From Amphiscolops sp. MND2022 (lineage: Eukaryota): a stretch of DNA of 64,000 nucleotides. Location: assembly GCA_964187785.1 (NCBI GenBank), contig OZ076409.1, forward strand, positions 53,012,001-53,076,000, written 5' to 3'. A program made the translations under genes and the position numbers. Below are positions 61,438 to 64,000 of the stretch, piece by piece. Position 1 is the first letter of the stretch; every line of letters starts with the position of its first letter. A model generated the notes under the pieces. That model saw only the letters and a program-made list of their open reading frames with translations. It made no database searches and was not told where the DNA came from.

Positions 61438-64000
61438 TCCCACGTTCGTTTTAACTCCTGTCAGGGCTACTAGCTCCACGTGTCAACTACTATTGTCATA
61501 TCAAAACAGTGGCCTGATCTCTGGAAGTGTTCTACCAAATCGCCAACTCTCAAAAACGCAAAATTTTTGTCTATTTAGCAATTTGCCTCAAATATCTCTA
61601 TTTCTTGAAAAATTTTATATTTTGTTTCATTTATCCTCAAATACTACCATTGATTTGAGACCAACAACTCGGTTTTTCAAAAAAAGTTCAACAGTTACAC
61701 AACTACTTAACTTGTGTGTGAACGATCTTCCAGAACTCATGAGCGAAACTGCTCATGTATTACAGTTTGCTGACGGTTGTTTTTGTAGTGGTAAAAAATC
61801 TGAGACTGCTCTTGAAGTTTTTCAAGAAAATTTATGTAAGTTAGAATATTTTTTTTCGCCTCAATAAATTGAGTTTGAATGCAAATAAAACAGAATACAT
61901 CGCCTTCTCCCTCAAAAATGATAAACGCCTCGACGACTTAGAGACAGTTATTGTAGGCTCCACCATAGTGAAGAAGTCAGACATTGCAAATAATTAGGTG
62001 TAACCATAGATAAACATCTTGGATTCCAAACGCAAGTTAAAAAGGTGCAAAAAATATGGCAGTCGGTATGAAAACTGTTGAAACAGTGCAGCACAGGTTT
62101 CCAACACAAGTTCTTCTTTTGACTTTCCACGCACTTGTGATGAGTCACCTGGACTATTCTCTTCTGTTTTTCTTCAAAATTAGTTCTTCTTTATTGCTCT
62201 CACTAGAAAAACAGATGAATTGGGCTTTGAAGAGCGTCTTTTTTCGTTCAAACATCAAGTCGTCTTATGAATTGAGGAAAAACAAGGGTATAATCAGGCC
62301 ACATCCTTGAGATCTTCTTTGGCGAACTCTTTTCTGAACAAGTCTAATACGTCTTTGAGCGTTGTGACTGGCGTGATTTGACTTGACTGCCAGTATTCTA
62401 TCGCCTCATCTCGCAGGAGACTTTGGAAGAAGTGAAGCTTGTTCTCCTCTGTTATTTTATTGGCGAGTGGGCTCAGGTGGTTTAGAAAGAGGTGCTCAAA
62501 TTCCACAAATTTGTCTTTCTGGCCGCGGGAGTTTGGAACATGCGTTTGTATCAGTTTGGTGTTGGTAGTTGAAATCTTGATACGCTGGGGAATTGTTTCG
62601 ATTGCGTTCAAGAGTCGTTCTTTGTGGCTTCTTGGGGTTGCATCTCCGTCGTCGTCGGTGCCGTCGTCATTATATTGGTGGATAGTGGAGGTGAATGTCG
62701 GTACCGGGTGGGTGGAATGGGTCTCTGTAACTCCTGTCACCATGTTTTGCTTCAGTTGAGGCGGCTTTGAAAGACCCTGGGTGCTACTTGAAGGAATGAT
62801 TTCGTTCGATTTTCTAACACCTGCCATCATGAGGTCTTTCAGTTGACAAAACTCTGAATGCAATTCATTAATTTTCCTCTCGTATTTTTTTTTATTTTAG
62901 TTAACTGGGCGGAAATGTCGAAGTTGTCATTGATGTCATAATCAGTAGTATTGGACTCTGCCAAAACTAGATCCATGGAGGTATTTTCTTCTACTGGAAA
63001 ATCGATGATCTTACCGTTTCTGAGCCTGGTACTTTGCTCTAAACTCGTACGAGAGGTGAAAAGTAATTGTGAGCGAAGGCTAGAATATTTGTGATGATTT
63101 ATAGATGTTTTCTTTCATTTTTGTTTGATCGGTAATCATGGCCAAGAATTCAGTTTACAATAGTCGTGGAATCAAACTGAGATACATCAGGAGGAAGTCA
63201 TTTATCTTCATCGTAATTTAAATCGAGCAGAGGTTGATTGACCAGTTGCTGACTTGACTAGTTTGGAGACTATAAATGGATGAAAATTGGATGTAAATCT
63301 GTAATGAAGCACTGACTGTACTGTAGATTACAGCATTCGCGCGTTTTGGCTGGGTGGTAAAACTCAGCTCTTACCAACTTCGTTCTCATTGAATATCCCA
63401 GCTGGTGATAAGTGGTAAGTCACGTGACTACCAGTAGTTGTGCGAATTGCCGCAGGATGGCCACCTCGAATGCCAAATCTGCATACTCACTAATTTAATA
63501 ATGAATCACAAGATTTACAGCTTTGCAAATTGCCTGCACATACCAATGGTTACTATGGAGATAGAAACTAGATAAAAATGATAGTTATTGCTCTAACACT
63601 AAGTCAATATACAATGAACGCGTTAAACGATGGTAAAGCGATGTTTTTCCAAGCAATACAAACAGTGTTAGACACTATTTCAAGTACACGGATGGATAAG
63701 TGATGAAATCTAAACAATATCTCCTAAGATCCAGAACCAATTTAGCATACGATGTAAAGACATAAATTCCCAACTATAATTATTCAAATTCAGCACTAGT
63801 TGGGTTCACGATGAAAAAAGGATGGACTTCCTCCTATCTCTGCTATTCCACAACATTTCTGATCTGACGACGAATCATCGATGTGTTTAAACTCATATAA
63901 GTAAAACCAGTACAATCGCTTTTTTATTGATGAATTTAAGATGTACCTTCTCATTTTCCCTGCTTTCTCTAGTATGGCGATAATTTAGTTATGTCTTTTA
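61438..64000. repeat. Tandem segmental duplicate of 57146-~59750 (LINE fragment + gag/LTR fragment), offset ~4.29 kb
   Basis: Identical LINE/gag junction GGGTATAATCAGGCCACATCC near 58003 and 62296; second copy has a ~43-bp deletion near 63326 and a gag frameshift. Confidence 0.93.

Overview
AT-rich eukaryotic (animal-like) genomic DNA dominated by retroelements. The centrepiece is a young, complete 19.2-kb Ty3/Gypsy LTR retrotransposon (2149-21328; 1848-bp near-identical LTRs, AAAGG target-site duplication). Besides gag and pol, it carries an antisense five-exon gene of about 1274 aa (BED-like zinc finger plus an apparently dead hAT-transposase-like body), interrupted here by a nested LINE, and a third sense ORF running into the 3' LTR. 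Its gag starts inside the LTR and reads through the primer-binding site, and no polypurine tract precedes the 3' LTR. Relatives are also present: an LTR end at 1-1206, a non-autonomous element with the same PBS at 41706-46418, and duplicated gag/LTR fragments at 58-64 kb. The rest comprises a decayed second Gypsy element, LINE fragments, MITE/HINE/SINE-like repeats, a ~176-bp satellite, and probable host genes: two head-to-head coiled-coil genes and a Bax-inhibitor-1/Lifeguard family gene with an uninterrupted CDS. All calls come from reading the sequence by eye; no database searches were run.
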